Program-made: the position numbers and the translations under genes
Assembly: GCA_903932865.1 (NCBI GenBank)
Contig: CAIZHQ010000020.1
Location: forward strand, 34,001-98,000
Reading direction: 5' to 3'
From: an uncultured Burkholderiales bacterium
GTDB lineage: Bacteria; Pseudomonadota; Gammaproteobacteria; Burkholderiales; Burkholderiaceae_C
Length of the DNA stretch: 64,000 bases
Notes under the pieces: model-generated
Databases searched by the model: none
What the model was told of the DNA's origin: nothing
The model's input: only the letters and a program-made list of their open reading frames with translations
In this document: positions 37,091 to 46,455 of the stretch, in pieces
Layout of the letters: every line of letters begins with the position of its first letter
Numbering within the stretch: position 1 is the stretch's first letter

Positions 37091-38436
37091 AGCGCCCATG
37101 GCCAGGCATGCACCCGGTCAAACGCCTGGGCTGGATCACACTGATCAGCCTGCTGGTGCTGGTCATGGGGGTGATGTGGGACAACTGGGGCGACCTGGTG
37201 CTGCCCACCCAACCCATGGCCAAGGAGACAACGCAGACCCCACAGGCCAGCACAGCCCAAATCGAACAAGGCCGCTACCTGGCCCTGGCGGGCAACTGCA
37301 TGGCCTGCCACACGACCCGGGGCGGCACACCTTTCGCCGGCGGCCGACGGATCGACACACCATTTGGCGGCGTGTATAGCAGCAACCTCACGCCCGACCC
37401 GGTCACGGGCTTGGGACGCTGGACAGCGCAAGACTTCTGGCAAGCCATGCACCGTGGCCGTTCCATTGACGGGCGCTTGCTGGCCCCGGCTTTTCCCTAC
37501 AACCACACCAGCGTCATCAGCCGAAGTGACAGTGACGCGGTGTTTGCCTGGTTGAACACCCAGGCCCCGGTGGTGCAGGCCCAACTGGCCCACACCCTGG
37601 TCTGGCCAGTGGGCACGCAGCCCGCATTGGCCGTGTGGCGCAGCCTGTTTTTTGAGCCCCGCCCTTTTCAAGCCGACTCGTCCCAAACCGCCGAATGGAA
37701 CCGGGGCGCATATCTGGTGCAAGGCCTGGGCCACTGCGCCGCCTGCCACAGCCCACGCAACGCGCTGGGAGCCAGCGGACCCGTCAGCGATTTGTCCGGC
37801 GGCCTGATGCCTGTGGTCAACTGGTACGCTCCCGACCTGACACGCGATGCCGAGACGGGCCTGGCGAGCACGCCTGTTTCTGAGATCGTGCGCCTGCTGC
37901 GCACCGGAGGCTCGGCCACGGCGCAAACCAGCGGCCCCATGGGCGAAGTGGTTCAGCACAGCCTGCAGCACCTGAACACGGCCGACCTGAGAGCCATGGC
38001 GGTGTATTTGAAATCGCGTGCGCAAACAACGGACCGGCCGGCCTCAGCCTCAGCATCACCCAAACCCAACCGGATCAGTCTGCAGGTGGCCACCCAAGGC
38101 ACCAAAGTTTACGAACGCCAATGCCTGCAATGCCACGGCGAACAAGGGGAAGGCATGCAAACCGCATCGGGCGAAGTGGCCTACCCGGCCTTAGCGGGCA
38201 ACCGCGCCGTGCTGCTGAAGGACCCCACCAACCTGGTCCAGTTGGTGCTGCATGGCGGTTACGGGCCTGCAACCGAAGGCCACCCCCGCCCCTTTGGCAT
38301 GCCGCCTGCCGTCCTGGAGCTGGACGACCGAGACATCGCCGCAGTGCTCACCCACCTGCGCAACCGCTGGGGCAACCAAGCGAGCGAGGTCACGCCCTTG
38401 CAGGTCAACCGCATTCGGGCAGCGCAAGGCAGCTGA
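37087..38436 (+). CDS. membrane-anchored trihaem c-type cytochrome
   Basis: 449 aa with an N-terminal TM segment (LGWITLISLLVLVMGVMW) and three CxxCH motifs (CMACHT, CAACHS, CLQCHG). Its ATG overlaps the upstream TGA as ATGA. Confidence 0.85.
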   Translation: MKRPWPGMHPVKRLGWITLISLLVLVMGVMWDNWGDLVLPTQPMAKETTQTPQASTAQIEQGRYLALAGNCMACHTTRGGTPFAGGRRIDTPFGGVYSSNLTPDPVTGLGRWTAQDFWQAMHRGRSIDGRLLAPAFPYNHTSVISRSDSDAVFAWLNTQAPVVQAQLAHTLVWPVGTQPALAVWRSLFFEPRPFQADSSQTAEWNRGAYLVQGLGHCAACHSPRNALGASGPVSDLSGGLMPVVNWYAPDLTRDAETGLASTPVSEIVRLLRTGGSATAQTSGPMGEVVQHSLQHLNTADLRAMAVYLKSRAQTTDRPASASASPKPNRISLQVATQGTKVYERQCLQCHGEQGEGMQTASGEVAYPALAGNRAVLLKDPTNLVQLVLHGGYGPATEGHPRPFGMPPAVLELDDRDIAAVLTHLRNRWGNQASEVTPLQVNRIRAAQGS

Positions 38437-38502
38437 TTCCAATCCCACGCCTTGTCAACTGCGGCACCGCATCATTGGAAGCCACCCACTAACATCGCGC
38501 TC

Positions 38503-39258
38503 ATGACTTCACACCTTTACATCCTCACTGGCGCTTCTCGGGGCATGGGCTTGGCCATGGCCGAAAAGCTGCTGCAAAAAGGCAACGCCCTGCTTTGCAT
38601 CTCACGCCACGCCAACCCCGATCTGGCCTTGGTCGCCCAAAAGGTGGGGGTGCCGCTCACGCAATGGACTCAAGATCTGACCGACAGCGAAGGCGCCAGC
38701 GCCCGCCTGCATGAGTGGCTGCATCACCAAAACCCGGCAGATTTCGCCAGCGCCAGCCTGATCAACAACGCGGGCGTCATCCCGCCCATCGCCCCGCTGC
38801 GCCAGTCCAAACCCGCCGACCTGGCGTTTGCCCTGCGCGTGGGCGTGGAAGCACCTATGGCCTTGAGTGCGGCATTTTTGGGGGCCACACAAAACTGGCC
38901 CATAGCCCGCAAAGTGCTGAACATTTCATCGGGTCTGGGCCGCTACGCCATGGCCTCACAGGCCGCTTACTGCGCTGCCAAAGCAGGCATGGACCATTTC
39001 ACCCGCTGCATGGCACTGGACGAAGCCCTTCACGCCAATGGCGCCCGCGTCTGCTCGCTCGCACCCGGCGTGATCGACACCGACATGCAAGTGCAAATGC
39101 GCGGCGCTGTCGGGGATGCATTCCCCGACCAGTCCAAATTTTTGCAACTCAAAGCCCAAGGTCAGCTCAGCTCGCCCGCCCAAGCCGCCACCCAGGTGCT
39201 TGGCTACCTGGCTCGGCCCGACTTCGGTGACAAACCCGTGGCCGACGTGCGGGACTGA
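38503..39258 (+). CDS. SDR-family oxidoreductase
   Basis: ORF trimmed to MTSHLYILTGASRGMGLAMA (TGxxxGxG). It has NNAG and the catalytic YCAAK. Confidence 0.85.
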   Translation: MTSHLYILTGASRGMGLAMAEKLLQKGNALLCISRHANPDLALVAQKVGVPLTQWTQDLTDSEGASARLHEWLHHQNPADFASASLINNAGVIPPIAPLRQSKPADLAFALRVGVEAPMALSAAFLGATQNWPIARKVLNISSGLGRYAMASQAAYCAAKAGMDHFTRCMALDEALHANGARVCSLAPGVIDTDMQVQMRGAVGDAFPDQSKFLQLKAQGQLSSPAQAATQVLGYLARPDFGDKPVADVRD

Positions 39259-39285
39259 GCGTTGGGTGTTGGATGTTGAGGGTTG

Positions 39286-39311
39286 AGCGACCTTGCGCTT
39301 GTCAGGTCGCT
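39286..39311 (+). terminator. hairpin after the SDR gene (weak terminator candidate)
   Basis: Stem AGCGACCT / AGGTCGCT with a 10-nt loop. It is followed by GTAGTTATT, a poor U-tract. Confidence 0.3.
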
Positions 39312-39384
39312 GTAGTTATTGACCCTGACACTGCCGGGGTTCAAGCATTTTTTCTTTTATTTTTTCAATTTCGGAGAGATTCCC

Positions 39385-40569
39385 ATGAGTCGTGAAGTTA
39401 TGGTTGTCAGCGGTGTGCGCACCGCCATTGGTACCTTTGGCGGCAGCCTCAAGGACATCGCCCCCACCGAGCTGGCCGCGCAAGTCGTGCGCGAAGCCCT
39501 GTCTCGCGCGGGCACCGAAGGCAAGGACGTCGGTCACGTCGTGTTTGGCCATGTGGTCAACACCGAACCCAAAGACATGTATTTGTCGCGCGTGGCGGCC
39601 ATCAACGGCGGCTGCGCCGAAGGCACGCCCGCATTCAACGTGAACCGCCTGTGCGGCTCGGGTCTGCAGGCCATCGTGAGCGCCAGCCAGTCCATCTTGC
39701 TGGGCGACTGCGACATCGCCATTGGCGGGGGTGCAGAAAACATGAGCCGCGCGCCCTATGCCAGTCTGGCCACCCGTTTTGGCGCACGCATGGGCGACAC
39801 CAAGCTGATCGACATGATGATCGGCGCCCTGCACGACCCCTTCCACAACATCCACATGGGCGTGACCGCAGAGAACGTGGCCGCCAAGTACGGCATCACC
39901 CGCGAAATGCAAGATGCGCTGGCCTTGGAAAGCCACAACCGCGCCGAGCGCGCCACTGAGGAAGGCCGCTTCAAGGACCAGATCATGCCGGTCATGCTGA
40001 AAAGCAAAAAAGGCGACGTGGCTTACGCCACCGATGAGCACTTCCGCCCCGGCTGCAAGCTCGAAGACATGGCTAAACTCAAGCCCGTGTTCGTCAAGGA
40101 AAACGGCACTGTGACTGCGGGCAACGCCTCGGGCATCAACGATGCCGCTGCCGCCGTGGTGTTGATGGAAGCCGGTACCGCGAAGGCCCGTGGCGCCAAG
40201 CCTATGGCCCGTCTGGTCGGTTATGCCCACACCGGTCTGGACCCCAAAATCATGGGCGTAGGCCCCATCTCGGCCACGCACGCCGTGCTCAAGAAGACTG
40301 GCCTGACAGTCAATGACCTGGACGTGATCGAAGCCAATGAAGCCTTTGCCGCTCAGGCCTGCGCCGTAACACGCGAACTGGGTCTGGACCCTGCCAAAGT
40401 CAACCCCAACGGCTCGGGCATTTCGCTGGGCCACCCCATCGGTGCCACAGGTGCTTTGATCACCGTGAAAGCGCTTTATGAGCTTCAGCGCGTGAACGGC
40501 CGCTATGCCTTGGTGACCATGTGCATTGGCGGCGGTCAGGGCATCGCGGCGATTTTTGAGCGGGTGTAA
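39385..40569 (+). CDS. acetyl-CoA C-acyltransferase (thiolase II)
   Basis: ORF trimmed to MSREVMVVSGVRTAIGTFGG. It has the active-site NRLCGSGLQA and also GHPIGATG and CIGGGQGIA. Confidence 0.95.
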   Translation: MSREVMVVSGVRTAIGTFGGSLKDIAPTELAAQVVREALSRAGTEGKDVGHVVFGHVVNTEPKDMYLSRVAAINGGCAEGTPAFNVNRLCGSGLQAIVSASQSILLGDCDIAIGGGAENMSRAPYASLATRFGARMGDTKLIDMMIGALHDPFHNIHMGVTAENVAAKYGITREMQDALALESHNRAERATEEGRFKDQIMPVMLKSKKGDVAYATDEHFRPGCKLEDMAKLKPVFVKENGTVTAGNASGINDAAAAVVLMEAGTAKARGAKPMARLVGYAHTGLDPKIMGVGPISATHAVLKKTGLTVNDLDVIEANEAFAAQACAVTRELGLDPAKVNPNGSGISLGHPIGATGALITVKALYELQRVNGRYALVTMCIGGGQGIAAIFERV

Positions 40570-40583
40570 GGCAAAGATCACCC

Positions 40584-40612
40584 CCCCCGCCATGACCGGG
40601 GGCATGCTTTTT
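40584..40612 (+). terminator. terminator candidate after the thiolase gene
   Basis: Stem CCCCCG / CGGGGG with a 7-nt loop. CATGCTTTTT follows, so the U-tract is offset by a few nt. Confidence 0.4.
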
Positions 40613-40734
40613 AGATTGCCCCAGCCATACCGAGGAGCATGACCGCCTATTGCGCTGAATTTTCAAAGATTGGGATATTGAAAAAATCAAGCCACTAAAA
40701 TCCAACAACACACAGTCCACATCTGGTGTTGTTC

Positions 40735-41865
40735 ATGGGGAAATCTCAAATGGGTCTGTATAAAACTCTGGTTTGTGCAACGTTCCTCATTTCTACAAAC
40801 TCGGTCCATGCTCAACCCAGAGCAGATTTCGTCACCGAGGGATCTATCAGGAAATTCCTGAGCGAAGAAATCAAGGCATCACCTGCTGCTCGCTTGCTCA
40901 AGGAATTTCCTTTGGAGGCCACCAGGATCAACCGAAGCTTGCTGAATCTGGCTGATGCCGTTGCCAATCAAAAAACAACTTTAGGCGTACTCCTGCTTCA
41001 AGGAAATCAAATTGTTTACGAAAAGTACAACAGCCCTGCCACTGCAACGTCCATACAACAAGGATTTTCGATAACGAAAAGCATCGTTGCTTACTCATTG
41101 GGCACGTTGATCTGTGAAGGACAAATAAAAAACACCAATGAAAACGCCCTCAACCATGCGCCAAGCTTGCAGGGCACCGTTTACGGAGATGCCCGTATTC
41201 ATGATCTGTTGACCATGCGAAGTGGCGCTTTGATCGTTGAACCATCTGGCCTGGCTTATGCCGATGAATACAACCATCTTTTGCAAGGACGCACCACACT
41301 GGTTCAAAATTTAAGTCGATTCGGAGCACGGGTGAACCCATCCGGTAAGGTTTTTAATTATTTGGGCAATGACACTCAAGCGCTCAGTGAAATCATGAAC
41401 ACTTACGGGGGCACAACCGAAATCTTTAAAAAGAACATGTGGTCCAAAGTTCAAGCCCAAAATTCTGCCTACTGGCAAGTGGATAAAAACTTGAAACCTA
41501 TTGCTTGGGCAGGTCTCGCAATGACGCTACGCGATTGGGGTCGCTTAGCCATCTTCATTGGAGAGCTTCGCAATGGTGGCCATGGAGAATGCATGAAGAA
41601 CTTCATGATCGAAGCCACAAAAAAACAAGTGGACACCCAAGACAGGTCTAACCAAAATGGATTTAAAAGCTATGGTTTCCAAACATGGATGGACCCAATT
41701 ACAGGGTCATCAGGGAGCTTTTGGCTTCTTGGTGCTGGTGGTCAATATATTGGAATTGATCCAAATACAGACCGAATTTTGGTTGTCAGCAGTTATGACA
41801 GAAACCCTCAAAGAACTGAAGCAGTACAAAAATTATTTGATGTATTTCGTCGACATCCAATTTAA
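40735..41865 (+). CDS. secreted beta-lactamase-family serine hydrolase (low-GC gene)
   Basis: Signal peptide MGLYKTLVCATFLISTNSVHA, the SxxK motif in GFSITKSIV, and C-terminal GAGGQYIGIDPNTDRILVV. Two sampled lines give 24/60 and 27/60 G+C, against 41/60 in the thiolase gene. Confidence 0.85.
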   Translation: MGKSQMGLYKTLVCATFLISTNSVHAQPRADFVTEGSIRKFLSEEIKASPAARLLKEFPLEATRINRSLLNLADAVANQKTTLGVLLLQGNQIVYEKYNSPATATSIQQGFSITKSIVAYSLGTLICEGQIKNTNENALNHAPSLQGTVYGDARIHDLLTMRSGALIVEPSGLAYADEYNHLLQGRTTLVQNLSRFGARVNPSGKVFNYLGNDTQALSEIMNTYGGTTEIFKKNMWSKVQAQNSAYWQVDKNLKPIAWAGLAMTLRDWGRLAIFIGELRNGGHGECMKNFMIEATKKQVDTQDRSNQNGFKSYGFQTWMDPITGSSGSFWLLGAGGQYIGIDPNTDRILVVSSYDRNPQRTEAVQKLFDVFRRHPI

Positions 41866-41946
41866 CCAAACTATTGATTCCCTAAGTTGGAAAAACCTCA
41901 TTCGTTACGCCTACTGACACCTTGTGCGCAACCTTAAAGGACCATA

Positions 41947-42306
41947 TCAGACCTTCACTGCAGCGGTCACCACCACTTCAATCAAATACGCCGGGTTGGC
42001 CAAGGCAGCCTGCACAGTGGCGCGTGGCGGTGCACTGCCCGCCACCACCCAAGCGTCCCAGACCTCGTTCATGGCGGCGATGTCAGCGATGTCGCTGAGG
42101 TAAATTTGGGTGCGCAGGATGCGGGTTTTGTCGCTCCCCGCCTCGGCCAAACGCAGATCAATCTGGTGCAATACATCGGCCGTCTGGCTGCGAATGTCTG
42201 TGGCCTCGCACTCGGGCACCATGCCCGCGAGGTAGACCACGCCGTTGAAAATAGCCGCCTCGCTGTAGCGAGCCGTCACATGCAAGCGTTGAATGTCTTG
42301 GTTCAT
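41947..42306 (-). CDS. RidA/YjgF-family protein
   Basis: 119 aa with the patterns AAIFNGVVYLAGMVP and RATVQAALANPAYLIEV. Confidence 0.8.
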   Translation of the reverse strand: MNQDIQRLHVTARYSEAAIFNGVVYLAGMVPECEATDIRSQTADVLHQIDLRLAEAGSDKTRILRTQIYLSDIADIAAMNEVWDAWVVAGSAPPRATVQAALANPAYLIEVVVTAAVKV

Positions 42307-42932
42307 GTTTTTTTCTTGCCCAGTTGAGATTCTGTGCCCGCCAACAAGCGGCGGATGTTTTCACGGTGCCGCCAGACCAGCAGCAAGGCCATGATGGCCA
42401 AGCTCAGAATTTCGGTGGCAGTGGCCTGCCAAACCACACCGTTGCCAAACAAGTAGAAGGCAGGTGCAAAAACCGCCGCCACCATCGATGCCAGCGACAC
42501 ATAACGGCTGAAATACACCACGATGCCAAACGTCAGCAATGCAGCCAAAGCCAACACACCGTTGACCCCGACCAGCACGCCCACCGCCGTGGCCACACCC
42601 TTACCCCCCACAAAACCGAAAAACACAGGGTAGAGGTGTCCCAAAAATGCGGCCAGGCCCGCCAAAGCAGCCACCCCCGGGCCCAAACCATGTTCAGGCC
42701 CCAAGCTCAACACAAGCGTCACTGGCACCCAGCCCTTCACGGCGTCGAGCAGCAAGGTCAGTATGGCGGCTTTTTTGCTGCCCGAGCGCAACACGTTGGT
42801 GGCGCCTGGGTTTTTGCTGCCGTAGCTGCGCGGGTCGTTCAGGCCCATCAGGCGGCTCACGATCACCGCAAAACTGAGAGAACCCAACAAATAACTGGCC
42901 ACCAACACAGCCACTGGCATCCACACATCCAT
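42303..42932 (-). CDS. plsY: glycerol-3-phosphate acyltransferase PlsY
   Basis: 209 aa with GSKNPGATNVLRSG and LLDAVKG. Confidence 0.93.
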   Translation of the reverse strand: MDVWMPVAVLVASYLLGSLSFAVIVSRLMGLNDPRSYGSKNPGATNVLRSGSKKAAILTLLLDAVKGWVPVTLVLSLGPEHGLGPGVAALAGLAAFLGHLYPVFFGFVGGKGVATAVGVLVGVNGVLALAALLTFGIVVYFSRYVSLASMVAAVFAPAFYLFGNGVVWQATATEILSLAIMALLLVWRHRENIRRLLAGTESQLGKKKT

Positions 42933-42960
42933 CGAAAGCTCCCTTGTTCTTGTATGGGCA

Positions 42961-43452
42961 TCATTCTGCCAGTGCGCAGTTCACTGGCTGTGCCCCCAGC
43001 AGCTGAACACACACCTGCGGGTCGATGCCCACCAAGTAACCCCGCCTGCCGCCATTGATGCAAATCCACGGCAAAGCCAAGATGGTTTCCTCGACGAACA
43101 CCGGCATCTGCCTGCGCGTGGCAAAGGGCGATGTGCCGCCCACCAAGTAACCACTGTGGCGGTTGGCCACTTCGGGACTGCAAGGCTCGACGGATTTGAG
43201 CCCCACTTGCCGCGCCAGATTTTTGGTGGACACCTTGCGGTTGCCATGCATCAAGACCACCAGCGGTTTGGCATCCTGGTCTTGCATGATCAAAGTTTTG
43301 ACGACAGCAAAAGGGTCCATGCCCAACACCTGTGCGCTGTGCTGAGCACCGCCGTGCTCCAGGTACTCGTAGGGGTGCTCGGTGAAACGCACACCCTGCT
43401 GACGCAAGAGCGCCGTGGCCGGGGTTTCACTGACTCTTTCTTTCTTGGCCAT
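42961..43452 (-). CDS. ybaK: Cys-tRNA(Pro)/Cys-tRNA(Cys) deacylase YbaK
   Basis: 163 aa with VVKTLIM, GYLVGGTSPF and INGGRRGYLV. Confidence 0.88.
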   Translation of the reverse strand: MAKKERVSETPATALLRQQGVRFTEHPYEYLEHGGAQHSAQVLGMDPFAVVKTLIMQDQDAKPLVVLMHGNRKVSTKNLARQVGLKSVEPCSPEVANRHSGYLVGGTSPFATRRQMPVFVEETILALPWICINGGRRGYLVGIDPQVCVQLLGAQPVNCALAE

Positions 43453-43461
43453 CGCCTCAGA

Positions 43462-44520
43462 TCACAAAGCAGGGTCGCGCATTTCCCAACGGATCTCGTC
43501 AATCATCTTGAGCACCTCGGGCGAGAGCTGCACCGACCAGGCGGCCAAGTCTTCGTCCAGCTGCGCCAGCGACGTGACGCCAATGATGGTGCTGGTCACA
43601 TTCCAGCGGTGGTAGCAAAAGGCCAGCGCCATCTGGGTCGGCGTCAAGCCATTGTCGCGTGCCAACTGGTTGTAACGGCGCGCTGCGGACAAAGCTTCCG
43701 GACGGGACCAACGCTGCTTGCGCACCGACTCGTAACGGGACACGCGGCCATCAGGGGCACCAAGGCCTTCAAAGCCGGTTTCGTCGTACTTGCCCGTGAG
43801 CAAGCCAAAACCCAACGGCGAATACGCCAGCAAGGACACATTCAGGCGATAGCAGGTCTCGTCGAGGCCGTTGTCGTACACACGATTGACAAGCGCATAG
43901 GGGTTTTGCACGGTGGCCACACGGGGCAGGCCGTGCTGCTCGGCCAATCGCACGAATTCGTGTACGCCGTAGGGCGTTTCGTTGGACAGACCGATGTGGC
44001 GCACCTTGCCCGCCTTGACCAGCCGGGCCAAAGCCTCGAGTTGTTCATGGATGGAGGTGGCTGGCTTGTCCTTGCTCGGGTCGAAATAATGAAAACCCAG
44101 CGCCATCACATGGCGCTCGGGCCAATGGATCTGGTACAGGTCGATCACATCGGTCTGCAGGCGGCGCAAACTGCCTTCGCAGGAGGTCAGGATGTCTTGC
44201 GCCGTCATGCCCGCACCTTCACGCACCCAGGGCATGCTCCGTGAAGGACCCGCCACCTTGGTGGCCAGCACCAGCTTCTGGCGTGTGCCGGGGTTTTTGG
44301 CAAACCAGTTGCCAATGTAGGTTTCGGTCAGGCCACAGGTGTCGGCCGTGGCAGGCACCGCATACATCTCAGCAGTGTCAATGAAATTGATGCCAGCGGC
44401 CAATGAATGGTCCAGGATGGCATGAGCCCCCTCTTCGCTTACTTGCTGGCCAAAGGTCATGGTGCCCAGACAAATGGGTGTCACGTGCAGGTCGGATTGA
44501 CCAAGTTGTACTTTATTCAT
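43462..44520 (-). CDS. NADP(H)-dependent aldo/keto reductase (Tas-like)
   Basis: 352 aa with LGTMTFGQQ, GINFIDTAEMY and IGLSNETPYG. Confidence 0.9.
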   Translation of the reverse strand: MNKVQLGQSDLHVTPICLGTMTFGQQVSEEGAHAILDHSLAAGINFIDTAEMYAVPATADTCGLTETYIGNWFAKNPGTRQKLVLATKVAGPSRSMPWVREGAGMTAQDILTSCEGSLRRLQTDVIDLYQIHWPERHVMALGFHYFDPSKDKPATSIHEQLEALARLVKAGKVRHIGLSNETPYGVHEFVRLAEQHGLPRVATVQNPYALVNRVYDNGLDETCYRLNVSLLAYSPLGFGLLTGKYDETGFEGLGAPDGRVSRYESVRKQRWSRPEALSAARRYNQLARDNGLTPTQMALAFCYHRWNVTSTIIGVTSLAQLDEDLAAWSVQLSPEVLKMIDEIRWEMRDPAL

Positions 44521-44612
44521 GGGCTTGTCTTTGGCTGCGACTTAAAAGGATGATTTTGGCATGTTGAGCGTTTGGGGTTGATTCTTGAACGTGCACTTGC
44601 TCGGCCACACGA

Positions 44613-46430
44613 TCAAAGCTCAACGCTCTTTTCATGACGCGCTTGCTCCTGCAGGCGCAGAACGCGGCGCTGCACCTTACCGGTGGTGGTCATCGGCAAC
44701 TGGTCGATGAATTCGATCTCCTTGGGGTATTCGTAAGGGGCGAGCAAACCGCGCACATGGGCTTGCAGTTCGCGGCGCACCTCGTCGTCAAAAGCCTTCT
44801 GCCCTGGCCCACTGGGCCTGCGGCTTTGCCAGTCGGGCGACATGACCACAAAGGCTTTGACCAGCGCACCCCGGTCCTTATCGGGCTTGGGCACCACGGC
44901 GGCGTTGGCCACGGCGGCGTGCTTGACCAAGCAGTTTTCAATTTCACCGGGGCCGATGCGGTAGCCCGCCGCCTTGAACATGTCGTCGGTGCGGCCCTGG
45001 TACCAAAGGTAGCCGTCCTCATCCACCACCGCCATGTCGCCCGTGCGGCACCAGTTGCCGGTGTATTTGGCCTGCGTGGCCTTGTCGTTGTTCCAGTAGC
45101 CCAAAAAGAACACCGGGTCAGGCTGGCCGTGCACATCGAAGCGGTTCACCGCCACTTCGCCGGGTGTACCGGGCGGGCAAAGCTGCCCCGCATCGTCGAT
45201 GACTGCCACCTGGTGCCCCGGATACCCTTTGCCCATGCTGCCGGGCTTGGCAGGCCACAAGCGGGCGCAGTTGCCCACCACGTAGTTGATCTCGGTCTGG
45301 CCGAACATCTCGTTCACCGTGACCCCCAACTGTTGCTGACAATAGCCAAACACCGCGTCACCCACCGCCTCGCCCGCGCTCATCATGGCTTGTAGCTTCA
45401 GGCGGTAGCGCCCCTTCACCTCGGGCACGGCCTTCATCATGGCTTTGAGCGCTGTGGGAAACAAAAAGGTGTGTGTCACCCCTTGTGTTTGCATGATTTC
45501 GAAAGCCACTTCAGGGGAAAACCGCCCGTTGAAGGCCACGATGGGCCGGCCAAAGTAAAGGCTCGGCAGCAAGGCGTCCATCAGCCCGCCCGTCCAGGCC
45601 CAGTCGGCGGGCGACCAGAACACCGCTTTCGAAGGCCGCTCGACCTTGAAAGGGTCAAAGCCAAACCAATTCTGGCTGCACACAAAGCCCGTGAGGTTAC
45701 CGATCAGCGCCCGATGTGGGATCAAGGCCCCCTTGGGGTTGCCCGTGGTGCCGCTGGTGTAGATCAGCACAGCCGGGTCTTCAGCCAAGGTGGGCACGGG
45801 TTTGAACGTGCTCGCGCTGGCGGTCATGGCCACGTTCAGGTCTAGGTCGGCCAAGGTGCCAACTTCGCCCATCCCCAATAGCATTTGCAAACCGGGGCAA
45901 TCGGCTCTGGCTTGCAGCAAGCCCTGCACGGTGGATTCATCACACACCGCCACTCGAGCTTGGCTGTCGTTGATGCGAAATGACAAGGCTTCGGGGCCAA
46001 ACAGCATCGACAACGGCATGGCCACCGCGCCCATCTGCAGCACAGCCACATAGGCCACTGCCGTCTCATAGCGCTGGGGCATGACGATGGCCACGCGGTC
46101 ACCTCGCTGCACGCCGTGAGAACGCAGCACCTGGCTCAGCCGATTGGCGTCTTGCTGCAGCTGCCCGAAGGTCCAGCTGCGCCCCAGGCCCTGCCCTGCC
46201 ACGTGCTCACGCACGGCGTGATTTTTGGCGGTGGCCGCTTGCGCTGCCCATTGCCCGCAACAGGCCTGCGCCATGTTGAAACGCTTGGGCACTTTCCAGC
46301 CAAAACCTTGATGGATGGCCTCATAGCGGTCGACGGACCGAGTTCGGGTCGGCTGCTTGGCGGCAGGGGGAGGCTGGGCGCCGTGTACCTGGGGGGCGGC
46401 TGGGTGGTCCTGGTGGCGACTGATGTTCAC
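44613..46430 (-). CDS. AMP-dependent acyl-CoA synthetase/ligase
   Basis: 605 aa with a GTG start preceded by AGGAG. It has the AMP-binding motif IYTSGTTGNPKG, also YRTGDM-like RTGDMAVVDEDGY, and C-terminal TTTGKVQRR. Confidence 0.9.
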   Translation of the reverse strand: MNISRHQDHPAAPQVHGAQPPPAAKQPTRTRSVDRYEAIHQGFGWKVPKRFNMAQACCGQWAAQAATAKNHAVREHVAGQGLGRSWTFGQLQQDANRLSQVLRSHGVQRGDRVAIVMPQRYETAVAYVAVLQMGAVAMPLSMLFGPEALSFRINDSQARVAVCDESTVQGLLQARADCPGLQMLLGMGEVGTLADLDLNVAMTASASTFKPVPTLAEDPAVLIYTSGTTGNPKGALIPHRALIGNLTGFVCSQNWFGFDPFKVERPSKAVFWSPADWAWTGGLMDALLPSLYFGRPIVAFNGRFSPEVAFEIMQTQGVTHTFLFPTALKAMMKAVPEVKGRYRLKLQAMMSAGEAVGDAVFGYCQQQLGVTVNEMFGQTEINYVVGNCARLWPAKPGSMGKGYPGHQVAVIDDAGQLCPPGTPGEVAVNRFDVHGQPDPVFFLGYWNNDKATQAKYTGNWCRTGDMAVVDEDGYLWYQGRTDDMFKAAGYRIGPGEIENCLVKHAAVANAAVVPKPDKDRGALVKAFVVMSPDWQSRRPSGPGQKAFDDEVRRELQAHVRGLLAPYEYPKEIEFIDQLPMTTTGKVQRRVLRLQEQARHEKSVEL

Positions 46431-46455
46431 GGTGTGTCTCCTTATGATCGAAAGT

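Noticed and set aside
40570-41946. The low-GC hydrolase locus considered as a mobile element or genomic island.
   Set aside because: It has no integrase, transposase or flanking tRNA, and no direct or inverted repeats at the borders. I report it only as a compositional anomaly, not as a mobile element.
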